From the IMG/VR virus record IMGVR_UViG_2808606796_000002: 64,000 bases of DNA; one strand, written 5' to 3'. The stretch comes from an uncultured virus (IMG/VR IMGVR_UViG_2808606796_000002) (lineage: Duplodnaviria > Heunggongvirae > Uroviricota > Caudoviricetes). The translations under genes and the position numbers were made by a program. The notes under the pieces were generated by a model, which made no database searches, was not told the DNA's origin, and saw only the letters and a program-made list of their open reading frames with translations. Shown one piece after another: positions 48,674 to 58,688 of this stretch; the first letter of the stretch is position 1, and the number at the start of each line of letters is the position of its first letter.

Positions 48674-49861
48674 TTATCCGTTAACCGAGGCAATCAGGTT
48701 CACCAGATATTTATCGGTGATGCGCTGACGCAGGGTGAGGTTTTCCAGTGGCGGCACCGGCGTGTAGTCGTAATCGAGATAGAGCTTCCCGGCTTTCAGC
48801 GATTCTTTATCGTTGGCGGTTTCATCAAACCAGCAGTCCGCATCCACGATATAACCGGCGGTTTTCAGCTCGCGGAATTTGGCCTTGATACCGTCAACAA
48901 TGTCGCGGATAAGCACCGGGGTAATCGGCTTATCCACCGCCCACATATGCCCCTCGGCCATGGTGTCGGCAATCACCTGCGCGGTGCGGGTGTAGTTTTC
49001 AAACAGGAATAACGGATCATCAGAACAGGTGCGGTTACCCCAGAAACGGAAACCATCCTTGCGAATAAGCGTCGTGACACCTGCCTCATTGAGCAGGTCA
49101 GCATCGGTGCCGGGTGCCTGTAAATCCCAGAACACGGATGCGCTGATGCCGGTGACACCCTGCACGCCGACGTTGGACAAAGTTTTATGCCAGCCGACGG
49201 TCTGGTCGATATACGCACGCAGGCCGAGGGCGCGCGCCGTGGCATACGCCGGAGCACTGGCATTTTCCACCGCATCCCAGGCAATAAAGTCCGGCCAGAT
49301 AACCATCAGCTCACGCTGGCTGAAATTGTCGCGGTACTTGATGGCATCGGAAATCGTTTTACAGCCCCACGCGCTCACATAACCAAAGGCACGCAGGCTG
49401 ACACACACCGAGGCGAGTGCGACCGCCACTTCCTGCGAATCCAGCCCCGGCACGCCGAGAATGCGTGGTTTCACACCCGTCACCGCTTCGGCGGTGAGCA
49501 GCGCTTTAATGCCGGTGTATTTACCGGTCGCATCGGTGCCGCCGATGATGTTGGAGACCGTCAGCGCGTGCGCCACTTCCTCATCGTCGTCGACACCTTC
49601 GGCCACGCGCACCACAACGGTGACGGGTTTGCACTGGTCGGCAATGGCCTGCAAGGAGGCGGCCAGGGTGCCACTCTTTCCGGCCTTGCCGATGGCGGCC
49701 TGCACGTTAGTAATTAAAACGGGTTCATTCAGGGGAAAGGTCGCCGCATCGGCATCGCTGGCGGTACACACCATGCCGATAATTGCGGTGGAGACCGTGG
49801 AAATAACACGCGTGCCGTCGTTGATTTCAACAACCTGCACGCCGTGGTGGTAATCACTCAT
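48674..49861 (-). CDS. FI: P2 gpFI tail sheath
   Basis: MSDYHHGVQVVEINDG...FWGNRTC. Confidence 0.95.
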   Translation of the reverse strand: MSDYHHGVQVVEINDGTRVISTVSTAIIGMVCTASDADAATFPLNEPVLITNVQAAIGKAGKSGTLAASLQAIADQCKPVTVVVRVAEGVDDDEEVAHALTVSNIIGGTDATGKYTGIKALLTAEAVTGVKPRILGVPGLDSQEVAVALASVCVSLRAFGYVSAWGCKTISDAIKYRDNFSQRELMVIWPDFIAWDAVENASAPAYATARALGLRAYIDQTVGWHKTLSNVGVQGVTGISASVFWDLQAPGTDADLLNEAGVTTLIRKDGFRFWGNRTCSDDPLFLFENYTRTAQVIADTMAEGHMWAVDKPITPVLIRDIVDGIKAKFRELKTAGYIVDADCWFDETANDKESLKAGKLYLDYDYTPVPPLENLTLRQRITDKYLVNLIASVNG

Positions 49862-49943
49862 CCGGTTAACTCCGTGGGTTATGGGTGAGTGTATTGTCTA
49901 TGGTGGTAAAGGATTCCACTATTTAATAAAGTTGGCTGTGGCT

Positions 49944-49953
49944 TGATACAACA
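49944..49953 (-). promoter_or_regulatory. Putative Ogr site of the late F promoter
   Basis: TGTTGTATCA; TGTTGTGTCA copies upstream of V (56476-56485) and O/P (62991-63000). Confidence 0.6.
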
Positions 49954-50118
49954 TGCACTAAATTTGAATCTAATCGCATAGCCAATATTTTAACGCCTTA
50001 CCTTTGACAAAAATTTAGACCTCCCCCCCTTTTTCTAGTAGGCTACCTTACCTAAACTATTGACATAACTTACTGGTATTTTAATATATAATAATACATT
50101 CAATTGGATAAGAAGATC

Positions 50119-51342
50119 ATGGCAGAAGTAGGTTACGGCATCACCCTTACCGGGAAATATTACTTCGAGGTTAAGTTTACAGATCGCAGGTTGCTTAGAA
50201 GTTTTCAACACGAATCATTGGAGTCCTTACTTAAGGTGCTACCTGTACTTTATGATATTGCCAGTGACACGAACAATATCAAAAAACATAAAGCGCGAGG
50301 GAAGGAACGGCTGTGTATTTATAACTCAAAGAATAAAATTGTTGCTTTTACCACAACCATTCCAAATGACAAAATACACAATGAATTCATGGCTGATATA
50401 AATTCATTTTTCAAAAATGGATCTAAAGACGCACCAAAAAAATTAAATTGTTTTATTGATGACTCTAAGAAAGTCGTACAGATTAATAGCGTCACAGAAT
50501 TTCTAAGTGAAATAGAAAAAATAAATCTTAAAAGTGGTAATATTTTCTACTTTAGAGGTCACTCTAGCTATTTATATGAAATGCAACCTAGCATATACAG
50601 AAAGCGAGAGTTGATAAACAATGAAGATGTAATACATAAGGAGCTTTTAATTAGATGCCCTACCGATTTCGAAAAGTTATCAACCACTTTTGAAATATTG
50701 GTCAAGATGCAACACTACTCATTACCTACTCGACTTTTAGATTTAACCAGCAATCCTCTTATTGCACTATATTTTGCATGTGAAAATTTTGTAACTGACA
50801 AGAATGTTGGTGAGGTGAAAATCCTTTCAATTCCTAAAAATGAAATAAAATATTACGATAGTGATACCGTAACCGTATTATCCAATCTCTCAAAGCAATC
50901 AAAAGAATTCAGTAAGGAATGCATCAAAAATAAAAACCTACCTGCATTCACCAGGCTTATGGATGATATAAAAAAAGAAAAATCGTACTTTGAAGATAAA
51001 ATGTCACTTGACTCCATCGATTGCGTTGTTTGTGTAAAGCCAAAGCTTAATAATGCAAGAATAATAAAACAGGATGGCGCATTTCTGTTATTTGGCATGT
51101 CTAACGATAAGCATACCCCTTCAAAAATACCGACAAAATATTTGCCTTCGGGAACTGAGAAGCGAGTTTTCATAGCGAACGAATTCAAAGGAAAAATAAT
51201 TGAACAACTTGAAAAGATAGGCATTTCGGCTGCTACTATTTATCCTGAAATAGATAAGGTTTCTAACTACATTAGTATTAAGTACGGCAAGCCTGAAGAA
51301 ATTGAAGAGGAGAGAGGAATGCTCGCAAACCAGGAGCCATAA
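50119..51342 (+). CDS. Moron: FRG-domain protein
   Basis: FYFRGH, MQHYSLPTRLLD, ALYFAC, RIIKQDGAF, IGISAATIYP; AT-rich; TTGACA at 50060. Confidence 0.88.
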   Translation: MAEVGYGITLTGKYYFEVKFTDRRLLRSFQHESLESLLKVLPVLYDIASDTNNIKKHKARGKERLCIYNSKNKIVAFTTTIPNDKIHNEFMADINSFFKNGSKDAPKKLNCFIDDSKKVVQINSVTEFLSEIEKINLKSGNIFYFRGHSSYLYEMQPSIYRKRELINNEDVIHKELLIRCPTDFEKLSTTFEILVKMQHYSLPTRLLDLTSNPLIALYFACENFVTDKNVGEVKILSIPKNEIKYYDSDTVTVLSNLSKQSKEFSKECIKNKNLPAFTRLMDDIKKEKSYFEDKMSLDSIDCVVCVKPKLNNARIIKQDGAFLLFGMSNDKHTPSKIPTKYLPSGTEKRVFIANEFKGKIIEQLEKIGISAATIYPEIDKVSNYISIKYGKPEEIEEERGMLANQEP

Positions 51343-51474
51343 ACCAAGTAAATATTTAAGATATATTTTATGGAATGGTTGCTTAATATGATTATTGGTT
51401 ATCATTTTAAGCAACTAGGACGTCTATCACTATCCGAAATAATAGCCCAATTAGAATGGGCTATTCCGTATGTA

Positions 51475-52044
51475 TCAGATCGCAACGGCTGCCTCCGGCC
51501 AGACGATATCCGGTGCCATTTCCGGATCGACCCGGCTCAGTAACACCCGGTATTTTTTCAAGGCCATCAGCGAGGCGGTTTCTTCTTCGGTCGCCATTTC
51601 AAAATCCACCGCATCCTGCAAGGTGGCAATCACATCCCCGGCCTGTTTCATCTGGCCGTTTTTCCTGCCCTGCGCGGCGTGTTCGGCCTGTGCATCCACC
51701 ACCCACTGACTGCCGTCCCATTTCTGCCAGGCCGTATCCGGCGCAACAGGGGTGGTTTCCGGTGGATACGCACCCGGCTCGGTGATGTACTGCTGCCTGC
51801 CGGTGGTGGTGCTGTAAACGACTTCGCCCCGGTGATCTTCGGTGAGTTGCCAGCTTTGTGTGTCACTGTCGAAGACCGGGATGAAACCTGCCGCCGCTTC
51901 CGGCGGTTTTACCGTCGTGCAGTGGGCGGGCAATCCGGTAAAGGCCGGGATCAGTGCATCCCCCTGACCAATAAATTCACGGGTATCGGCACGCAGGTTA
52001 TAGACGGTTATCGTTCTGTTTTTACTGGTCATAATGAATGTCAT
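51475..52044 (-). CDS. Tail fibre assembly protein (lambda Tfa-like, gpG position)
   Basis: TGLPAHCT, EDHRGE, LQDAVD...YRVLLSRVD. Confidence 0.9.
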   Translation of the reverse strand: MTFIMTSKNRTITVYNLRADTREFIGQGDALIPAFTGLPAHCTTVKPPEAAAGFIPVFDSDTQSWQLTEDHRGEVVYSTTTGRQQYITEPGAYPPETTPVAPDTAWQKWDGSQWVVDAQAEHAAQGRKNGQMKQAGDVIATLQDAVDFEMATEEETASLMALKKYRVLLSRVDPEMAPDIVWPEAAVAI

Positions 52045-53981
52045 CAGGCAAGTCTCACAATGTAATTAATCGCGGTATTCTTGACGGTATTCTCGGCATT
52101 TCCCGTCGCATTCACGGTGATGGCGTGTCCGTGCGCCCCCATCACGACCGTGTGGTTGTGCGCACCAATCGCCACCCAGTGATCGTGCGCGCCAATGCCG
52201 ACCGAGTGCGCATGATTGCCGCTGCCGTCAATACGATCCCCGGCGGCCCACGAAATATTGGAGGCGTGCATCCCAAGCCCGGTGCCGGGGGTGTCCCGGT
52301 AGGCTGAGGTGCTGCAATAACGGAAGTTATGCGCATGCCATCCCCCTTCGGTGGTGGATTTGGTGCCATAGTCAAAACTGGTGGCCTGCTTAGAGCCGTA
52401 GTCAAACTGACTCACCGCTTTGGTGCCTAAATCGGTCTCAGCAGCACTGGCTGTGTGGGCGTGTGACTTAATGCCGTCTTCTTCGTAAGACAGGACGCCG
52501 CGACCTTCGGGCTTTCCTTTGAGGGTCATGCCGCGCAAATCAGGCAGCACGCCTGACGGGTAAACCTGCGCAAGCTGCGGATACGCCGCTTTATCAAAAC
52601 CCTGACCGTGCAGGAAGGCATAACCCGCCGGGGGCGTATCCGACGGCCACGGAATGGGTGCGCCGACCGGGAAAGTCATGTCGGGTTTATTGGTGGTGTT
52701 GTAATCGCGCCGCCAGCCTGGCGAATAGTCATCACCGTGGTGAATATAGGTAAACTGCGCGCTGGCGACCCCTCCACCGGTGGTGGTGGTCGGTGTGGTG
52801 ATACGCAGCGTCAGCGACCCCTTTGACCCCATGACTTCGACGACCGCCCCGGCAAGACAGATATGGCCGCAGCCGGTGTCCGTGATGATTTTATTCCCGG
52901 CGTAACTCCATGAGCCTTTGACCATCCAGTAAGGGTGAGCAAATGCGCCTTTGTCCTCCAGCCACGCAAGAAACTCTGCGGTAGTCCACGGATTGCTGTC
53001 ACCGCCAATATTCATGCTGCCCGCACTTCGCGCGGCACCAATGTTTTTGACAAATAAATCCCGGTCAGGAATGTCCCCGCCGTTCTGGTCTTTTTGCAGA
53101 CGCGACTGCGCATTATCATTCGCCGCTTTGACGGCTTTCGGGGTGGCCGCCAGCACCTCACTGACGCTGTCCGTTGCACTGCTTAACTGCACAATCCCTT
53201 TGCGCCCGGTGGTTGCCTCCTGCGCGGTGTATTTTCCGTTAGCCAGGTCATACGCGGCTTTCACCGCTTTCGGGGTGGCAGCCAGCACCTCACTGGTGCT
53301 GTCGGTCGCGCTGTTTAACTGCACAATCCCTTTGCGCCCGGTGGTCGCATCCTGCGCGGTGTATTTGGCGTTAGCCAGGTCATACGCGACTTTCACTGCT
53401 TTCGGCGTGGCGGAAAGCACCTCGCTGTCGCTGTCAGTGGCGCTGCTCAGTTGCGTCAGACCTTTGGCGGTCAGTGTCGCATCCGGGTGTCTGCGCGAAC
53501 GTTCATGCTCCGCGAGTTTATCGTCGACATAATCCTGGGTTGCCATCACCGTAGTGGTGTCGATAACCAGCTCCACGGACTCCAGCGCACTGACAATAAT
53601 CACCATCCGCAGCGTCTGCGCACGTCCCGAGCCTTCGGCCAGCTCCGGTTTGTAGCTCTCGGCCATATTCGCCACGGCAACCAGCGTACCGTCGGTGTCA
53701 TACAGTCCCATTTCGCGCAGCCAGAATCCGCCCACCTCCGGCGGGATAACCAGCTCGGCCACCACATAATTTTTATTCTTCGCATCAACACTGATTTTAT
53801 TGAGTGCGGCACGCCATTTCTCAGCAATAAGTTTTGTCTGGCCGACATCCGGCACCGGCAGTGTGCCGCCACCGTCACCGACGGCCATGTGCGTGAGAGT
53901 GATTTTTGTGCCGCTGGCAGTGGCGGCGGCCAGTTTTGCCGCCCCGGCGGTGGTAATGAGTGTTTTATATTTCACGGTCAT
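52044..53981 (-). CDS. H: Tail fibre gpH with Stf-like tip
   Basis: P2 H N-terminus; collar FPVGAPIPWP; HxH and FDYG motifs. Confidence 0.93.
   Translation of the reverse strand: MTVKYKTLITTAGAAKLAAATASGTKITLTHMAVGDGGGTLPVPDVGQTKLIAEKWRAALNKISVDAKNKNYVVAELVIPPEVGGFWLREMGLYDTDGTLVAVANMAESYKPELAEGSGRAQTLRMVIIVSALESVELVIDTTTVMATQDYVDDKLAEHERSRRHPDATLTAKGLTQLSSATDSDSEVLSATPKAVKVAYDLANAKYTAQDATTGRKGIVQLNSATDSTSEVLAATPKAVKAAYDLANGKYTAQEATTGRKGIVQLSSATDSVSEVLAATPKAVKAANDNAQSRLQKDQNGGDIPDRDLFVKNIGAARSAGSMNIGGDSNPWTTAEFLAWLEDKGAFAHPYWMVKGSWSYAGNKIITDTGCGHICLAGAVVEVMGSKGSLTLRITTPTTTTGGGVASAQFTYIHHGDDYSPGWRRDYNTTNKPDMTFPVGAPIPWPSDTPPAGYAFLHGQGFDKAAYPQLAQVYPSGVLPDLRGMTLKGKPEGRGVLSYEEDGIKSHAHTASAAETDLGTKAVSQFDYGSKQATSFDYGTKSTTEGGWHAHNFRYCSTSAYRDTPGTGLGMHASNISWAAGDRIDGSGNHAHSVGIGAHDHWVAIGAHNHTVVMGAHGHAITVNATGNAENTVKNTAINYIVRLA
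53120..53483 (-). repeat. Three approximately 132-bp tail-fibre repeats
   Basis: (D/E)ATxxxKGxxQLxSATDSxSEVLxATPKAVK x3. Confidence 0.8.
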
Positions 53982-53992
53982 GATGGCCTCTT

Positions 53993-54523
53993 TTATCCGG
54001 GGTAAACGGTGATAATGTCGCCGTCATAGCTGACGCCGCCGGTGTACAGATTGCCGGGGATATCCTGAATAATGTTCAGGCCGGTCAGGTGACGACTCGC
54101 CGCTTTTGCATCGGCAATCAGGCGCTCCATCTCGTAATACATCTCCTCTGTGATGCCGCTTTCCAGCACGCCAATGTCGAGGCGAAAGGTGCCGGGTGCA
54201 TCATTGGTCTGCCACCATTCGGTGACGTTTATCAGGTAGCCGAGCGGCTCCACCACGCGCCGGATGGCACCAATTGTCCCTTTATGCTTGTGCAGGTATT
54301 TGGCGGCCTTAATCACGCCGCGCTTGATGTCCACCGGCCACGTTTCATCCCAGCGGTCGACGGAAAGCGCCCAGGCCAGATACGGCAGCAGCGGCGCAGG
54401 ACAGGTCTCCGGGTTCCAGAGCTGACGCAGTGGCACCGGTACACGGGTGAGTTCCGCGCAGGCTTTCGCGGCCGCCAGCTCAAGCGGTGATGAACCCACC
54501 GGCAACAGGCGGACGCTATTCAT
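53993..54523 (-). CDS. I: P2 gpI
   Basis: LLPYLAWALSVDRWD. Confidence 0.93.
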   Translation of the reverse strand: MNSVRLLPVGSSPLELAAAKACAELTRVPVPLRQLWNPETCPAPLLPYLAWALSVDRWDETWPVDIKRGVIKAAKYLHKHKGTIGAIRRVVEPLGYLINVTEWWQTNDAPGTFRLDIGVLESGITEEMYYEMERLIADAKAASRHLTGLNIIQDIPGNLYTGGVSYDGDIITVYPG

Positions 54524-55424
54524 CGGAGCCACCGATAACGAGGCGATAATCGGTGCAGTACGAGGCCTGCGTGTCATCAAGCACGATATCGGCCAGCGGT
54601 TTTGCCAGTTCGACGCGCTGCACGCCTTCCACATGCAGGGCGGCATAAATGGCAGACTTGCGAATATCGCGCCCGAGGCGGTGCTGCGCACTGATGTAAG
54701 CCTTGAGTTTCGCTTCGGCAGCCTGCCTGACCGGCTCCATTTCCGGGCCGGGATAAAGGTAAAGCGTGGCGTCGATTTCATAGTCGACAATGACCGCTGA
54801 CTGCACCGTCACTCGGTCAGCCACCGGGCGCACGTTCTCATCATTCAGGGCAAGACTGACGATATTCACCAGTTCGCTACTGGCAGTGCCGTTGCCCTCA
54901 CGCGACAACACGGAAATGGTGACGCAGGCGGGTGACGGGCTGATTACCGACACATCCGCGACACGCCCGTCGGCACTGCGGCCATGAAACTGATACGCGC
55001 CGACCGGACCGGCGACACTCAGCCCTTCAAAGGACTGCTGAATGCGCAGACGGAAATCACTGTCGGATTCCATCACGGCCAGCACCGGCGGGATAGCGGT
55101 GTCATCGGCAGGCGTAATGACCAGGCGGGTGACGTTATTATTTGCGCCAAGCACATCGAGGTCATTTTCCCTGGAAAATGCCAGCATCACCGCCAGCGCC
55201 GACTCGTTGATGCGCTGGCGCAGCAGCAGCTCACGATAGGCGTTTTCCTCCAGTAGTTTCACAATCGGCTCGGACTCCAGCGACAGCGTGCGGGCGATCG
55301 CTTCCTGCTCCTCTTCGGGATAGAGGGAAATCAGCGTCGCTTTGCGCTCGGCGAGTAAGGTTTCATAGTCCAGCACCTCGACCACATCCGGGGCGGGTAA
55401 CTGGCTCAGGTCAATGGTTGCCAT
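54516..55424 (-). CDS. J: P2 gpJ
   Basis: MATIDLSQLPAPDVVE. Confidence 0.95.
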   Translation of the reverse strand: MATIDLSQLPAPDVVEVLDYETLLAERKATLISLYPEEEQEAIARTLSLESEPIVKLLEENAYRELLLRQRINESALAVMLAFSRENDLDVLGANNNVTRLVITPADDTAIPPVLAVMESDSDFRLRIQQSFEGLSVAGPVGAYQFHGRSADGRVADVSVISPSPACVTISVLSREGNGTASSELVNIVSLALNDENVRPVADRVTVQSAVIVDYEIDATLYLYPGPEMEPVRQAAEAKLKAYISAQHRLGRDIRKSAIYAALHVEGVQRVELAKPLADIVLDDTQASYCTDYRLVIGGSDE

Positions 55425-55428
55425 AGTG

Positions 55429-55779
55429 TCAGCTCAGGGGGATGGTTAAGGAAAATGACGCGCCACCGGTGCCGGTGCGCACGCCGGTGATGTCGACAAA
55501 TAATGTGCCTGCGGTGGTGCTCTCAAAGGTGATGGCCGTCAGCCGGATGCGTGGCTCCCATTTCAGGATTGCCATGTAGCAGGCGGACATAATTTGCAGG
55601 CGCAGTGCCGGGTTATCGGGCTGGTCAATCAGTGCCGACAGCAGCGAACCGTAATCGCGGCGCATCACGCGTGAGCCAATGGGGGTGATAAGAATGTCGC
55701 GCACGCTCTGACTGATATGTCCGGAATCGGACACACTCAGACCAGTGGCACGATTCATGCCGAGATAACGCACCGTCAT
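55429..55779 (-). CDS. W: P2 gpW
   Basis: TPIGSRVMRRDYGS. Confidence 0.93.
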   Translation of the reverse strand: MTVRYLGMNRATGLSVSDSGHISQSVRDILITPIGSRVMRRDYGSLLSALIDQPDNPALRLQIMSACYMAILKWEPRIRLTAITFESTTAGTLFVDITGVRTGTGGASFSLTIPLS

Positions 55780-56417
55780 TGCGTCCCCTCCGTCCGGCTT
55801 CCGCCACGCTCGACGCCACCGTGCTTATGGTCATCAACCTGCACACCGTTGGATTTAAAGGTGCCGCCGCTGTGCTCGATATTGCCGCTCATCCTGCCGC
55901 CTTGCTTAACTTCCAGCGTGCCGGTGGTGAGCTTACTGGTGCAGACCACTTCCGGCGTATCGAGGGTAATTTTCTGGCTGGCCTTAACCGTCACCACCGG
56001 CACAGTGACGACAACAGATTCAGACGCCGTGACCGAGGCGGTTTTAATGCCTGATACGGTGAGTGCGCCGGTTTCCGGTTCGTACTCCATCACGGCACCA
56101 TCAGGGAAAGAAATATGCAGCGCGTCAGCAGAGGCTGATGGCGCGGGGTGGTCATCGGAATAGATGCCCGGCAGGACAAAAGCGGTGTCCAGCTCGCCGC
56201 CCACCGCCAGCACTAATATCTGCTCGCCGACAGACGGTGCCCACCATGTACGCGAGCGACCGGCGCGGGGCGTTAGCCAGTGAAGCCAGTCGGTCGTAAT
56301 CCCGCCGGTTTCAACACGACATAACGCCCGCGCGGTATCGACATCGGTCACGATGCCGGTGCGGATAAGATTGCGCATCTGGCGCGCAACTTCCTGGAGT
56401 GATGAGAGAGTATTCAT
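55776..56417 (-). CDS. V: P2 gpV spike
   Basis: NLIRTG...WWAPSVGEQ...HKHGGV. Confidence 0.93.
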   Translation of the reverse strand: MNTLSSLQEVARQMRNLIRTGIVTDVDTARALCRVETGGITTDWLHWLTPRAGRSRTWWAPSVGEQILVLAVGGELDTAFVLPGIYSDDHPAPSASADALHISFPDGAVMEYEPETGALTVSGIKTASVTASESVVVTVPVVTVKASQKITLDTPEVVCTSKLTTGTLEVKQGGRMSGNIEHSGGTFKSNGVQVDDHKHGGVERGGSRTEGTQ

Positions 56418-56491
56418 AGGGGAAAGGATGCCGCCCGGAGCACCAGGCAGCAATGCATAAGCGTATTGTCAGAAGTGACACAACATGGAGG

Positions 56492-57235
56492 TCAGTCGTT
56501 ATATACTTTTTTGATTATTTCCATACATTCAGCGTGCGCTAAATTATGGTCATCAAACTCTTTATTAAAAAAGAAGAAAAATGCTTTTTTCACTTGCGGT
56601 ATTTCGATAAAAATAAATTCATCAACTTTATGAAAAAAGTGAAAGCTTTCATTGCTTGTTTCAAATATCAAAAGAGAGTTTGATTTCTTAGCCTTCCTTT
56701 TCTTTATTAGCTCTCTCCTGCTTTTTCTGATGGTATTAAAAACTTTATGTGGAGTAGTGTCTATCTCACCCCAGAACATGGCGACAGGGATATCAGAAAG
56801 GAAAGGTATATATTCCTTCCCCTTATAACGAAGAAATTTCGACCTAAGATCCATTAGTTGCAATTTAAACCCAAGATATTGCAACCACCAAATAATGCAA
56901 TCGACTTCAAATTGATTGAGGTCTCCGCCATTTTTTTCTAATAATATTCTTTTGAGATTATCCTCAAAAGCACCAAGCAATTCTGAATTACAAACCCTAC
57001 AAGCTGGAATTGTGGTTTTGATGTAACTAGAAGATTGATTGTTTTTGGTGTTAACGAGGGATTTATTTTGGTTAGCTTCGAAAGCCCATTGAGGTATGAC
57101 ATGCTCTCGAGTAATTTCATTTTCACTTCCACACAGCACACAGATATCCGTCCCGTGTTCTGAAATAACCTTATTCATTACTAATCTTTGCGAAGCCTTT
57201 ATTTTAGCTCTCAGCAAACTAAATTTCTCATCCAT
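56492..57235 (-). CDS. Moron: HNH-like zinc-binding protein
   Basis: CVLCG...TREHVIPQW...IPACRVCNS; AT-rich; between S and V. Confidence 0.75.
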   Translation of the reverse strand: MDEKFSLLRAKIKASQRLVMNKVISEHGTDICVLCGSENEITREHVIPQWAFEANQNKSLVNTKNNQSSSYIKTTIPACRVCNSELLGAFEDNLKRILLEKNGGDLNQFEVDCIIWWLQYLGFKLQLMDLRSKFLRYKGKEYIPFLSDIPVAMFWGEIDTTPHKVFNTIRKSRRELIKKRKAKKSNSLLIFETSNESFHFFHKVDEFIFIEIPQVKKAFFFFFNKEFDDHNLAHAECMEIIKKVYND

Positions 57236-57245
57236 TGTTAGGCCA

Positions 57246-57707
57246 TTAATTCTTAAAAGATTCCGACAGCGTAATTAATAACTCCTTTTCAATCAGCTGT
57301 ATAGATGTTTTGTCGATGCCCAATAATGGTCTAGCCTCGTACTGCACACTCTCACTGTAGCGGTTAGGCTTATCTTTTAACCCTTCCTGATGCACCCGCG
57401 CCATACGCTGCACCCGCCCGGTAAACTCCACCACAGCAGCCTCATTGGTGCCTTTCGCTTTCATATACCGGTTGGTGCGCAGCTTCGTGAACATCTGACG
57501 TTTCACCCGACCTTTTTTGCCTTTCACTGGCTGGCGTTTCCGGGCGGCATACGGTGTGCCGTCCGGTGCCTGCTGGCGCTTGATGCGTTGCTGCTGCGAG
57601 GTTCTGAGTTGTTTCGCAATCTCTGCCGTCATTCTGCGGCGCGCAGCCGGTGACAGGCTGGCAATCAGCCCGGCGAGTTTATCCTCGAAAGGCTTGAACT
57701 CATTCAT
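57246..57707 (-). CDS. S: P2 gpS
   Basis: QQAPDGTPYAARK...ARPLLG. Confidence 0.92.
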   Translation of the reverse strand: MNEFKPFEDKLAGLIASLSPAARRRMTAEIAKQLRTSQQQRIKRQQAPDGTPYAARKRQPVKGKKGRVKRQMFTKLRTNRYMKAKGTNEAAVVEFTGRVQRMARVHQEGLKDKPNRYSESVQYEARPLLGIDKTSIQLIEKELLITLSESFKN

Positions 57708-58167
57708 ACCACTGACTCACCAGCTCGCCATGCGCATAAAGCTCCATTGGCCGCGTGACGTTCTCCGGCAATGGTGGCTCGGCTGCATGTTTCACGTGCA
57801 GCGCTTCACCTTCCTGCCTGACCAGCGTGCGCTCAGTCAGCATCAGGCTGATACTGACATCAACGCTTTCGTCATCGTTGATATCGGCGATATACGTGAA
57901 GCCTCTTTTCTTACCCTCGTCAGTGGTCATGATGTCGGGCTGGTTTTCCCGCAGCCAGGCATTGACCGGCACGATGAGATAATCCAGATCGCCGTGATAA
58001 TCCGTGACCACGATGTTGAGCGTGTACTGATTTTCAAACGACAACGAGGTCGCAAGGGTTGCAGCAATTTTCCCGCTGTCGATAAAAATGCGCAGCATGT
58101 CCGGGTTATTACGCAGCACCGGCGCTGCATCACAAAGGGCTTTGCGTAAATTGGCGGGCTTGAGCAT
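57700..58167 (-). CDS. R: P2 gpR
   Basis: WLRENQPD...LTERTLV. Confidence 0.92.
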   Translation of the reverse strand: MLKPANLRKALCDAAPVLRNNPDMLRIFIDSGKIAATLATSLSFENQYTLNIVVTDYHGDLDYLIVPVNAWLRENQPDIMTTDEGKKRGFTYIADINDDESVDVSISLMLTERTLVRQEGEALHVKHAAEPPLPENVTRPMELYAHGELVSQWYE

Positions 58168-58393
58168 CGAGTTCGTCCTGGCAATGTTTTGTGGTTTCAG
58201 TCTGGGCTGCACAACTCACCAGTGCCGCCTCAAGCTGGCGAATGTCCGCGCTTAAATCGCCGTTAGTGCGCGGGCGGCTTGCCGGTATCTGGCACAGCGC
58301 CACTTTCGGACAGCCACTGTAAATAATCGGCGGTGGTGGTGAAGGCGGGGCGGGTGTGCAGCCGGATAATGTCATCAGGCAAATCAGACTCAT
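58130..58393 (-). CDS. lysC: o-spanin (LysC)
   Basis: Lipobox LSGC; TNGDLSADIRQLE. Confidence 0.82.
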   Translation of the reverse strand: MSLICLMTLSGCTPAPPSPPPPIIYSGCPKVALCQIPASRPRTNGDLSADIRQLEAALVSCAAQTETTKHCQDELDAQARQFTQSPL

Positions 58394-58688
58394 ACCACTC
58401 ACGCAGCGCTTTATTTTCATTGAGTAACCTCGTCACGGTGTTGCCACGGTTCGCCGCCAGGGTATTCGCGGTGGCGAGTTTATTGCGTAAATCAACCTGA
58501 GCCTGCTCGTTACGCTGCCGGAGTCTGGCGGCAACATCGAGCTGATTGCGCAGCATGGTTATCTGGGTTTTCTGCTCTCCGGCAACACGGTTGGCCTTTT
58601 CAAACGAGCGGGTGAGCGTGCTGTTTTCGCGCTTCATCCACACCAGACCGGCGACGGCCAGTAACAGCAAAATCATCAGCGTTTTCAT
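58263..58688 (-). CDS. lysB: i-spanin (LysB)
   Basis: N-terminal TMD; RLLNEN..LREW...LPDDIIRL. Confidence 0.88.
   Translation of the reverse strand: MKTLMILLLLAVAGLVWMKRENSTLTRSFEKANRVAGEQKTQITMLRNQLDVAARLRQRNEQAQVDLRNKLATANTLAANRGNTVTRLLNENKALREWYESDLPDDIIRLHTRPAFTTTADYLQWLSESGAVPDTGKPPAH

Noticed and set aside
53120..53483. Tail-fibre repeats as a DGR template/variable pair
   Set aside because: No reverse transcriptase; in-frame structural repeats without adenine-specific differences
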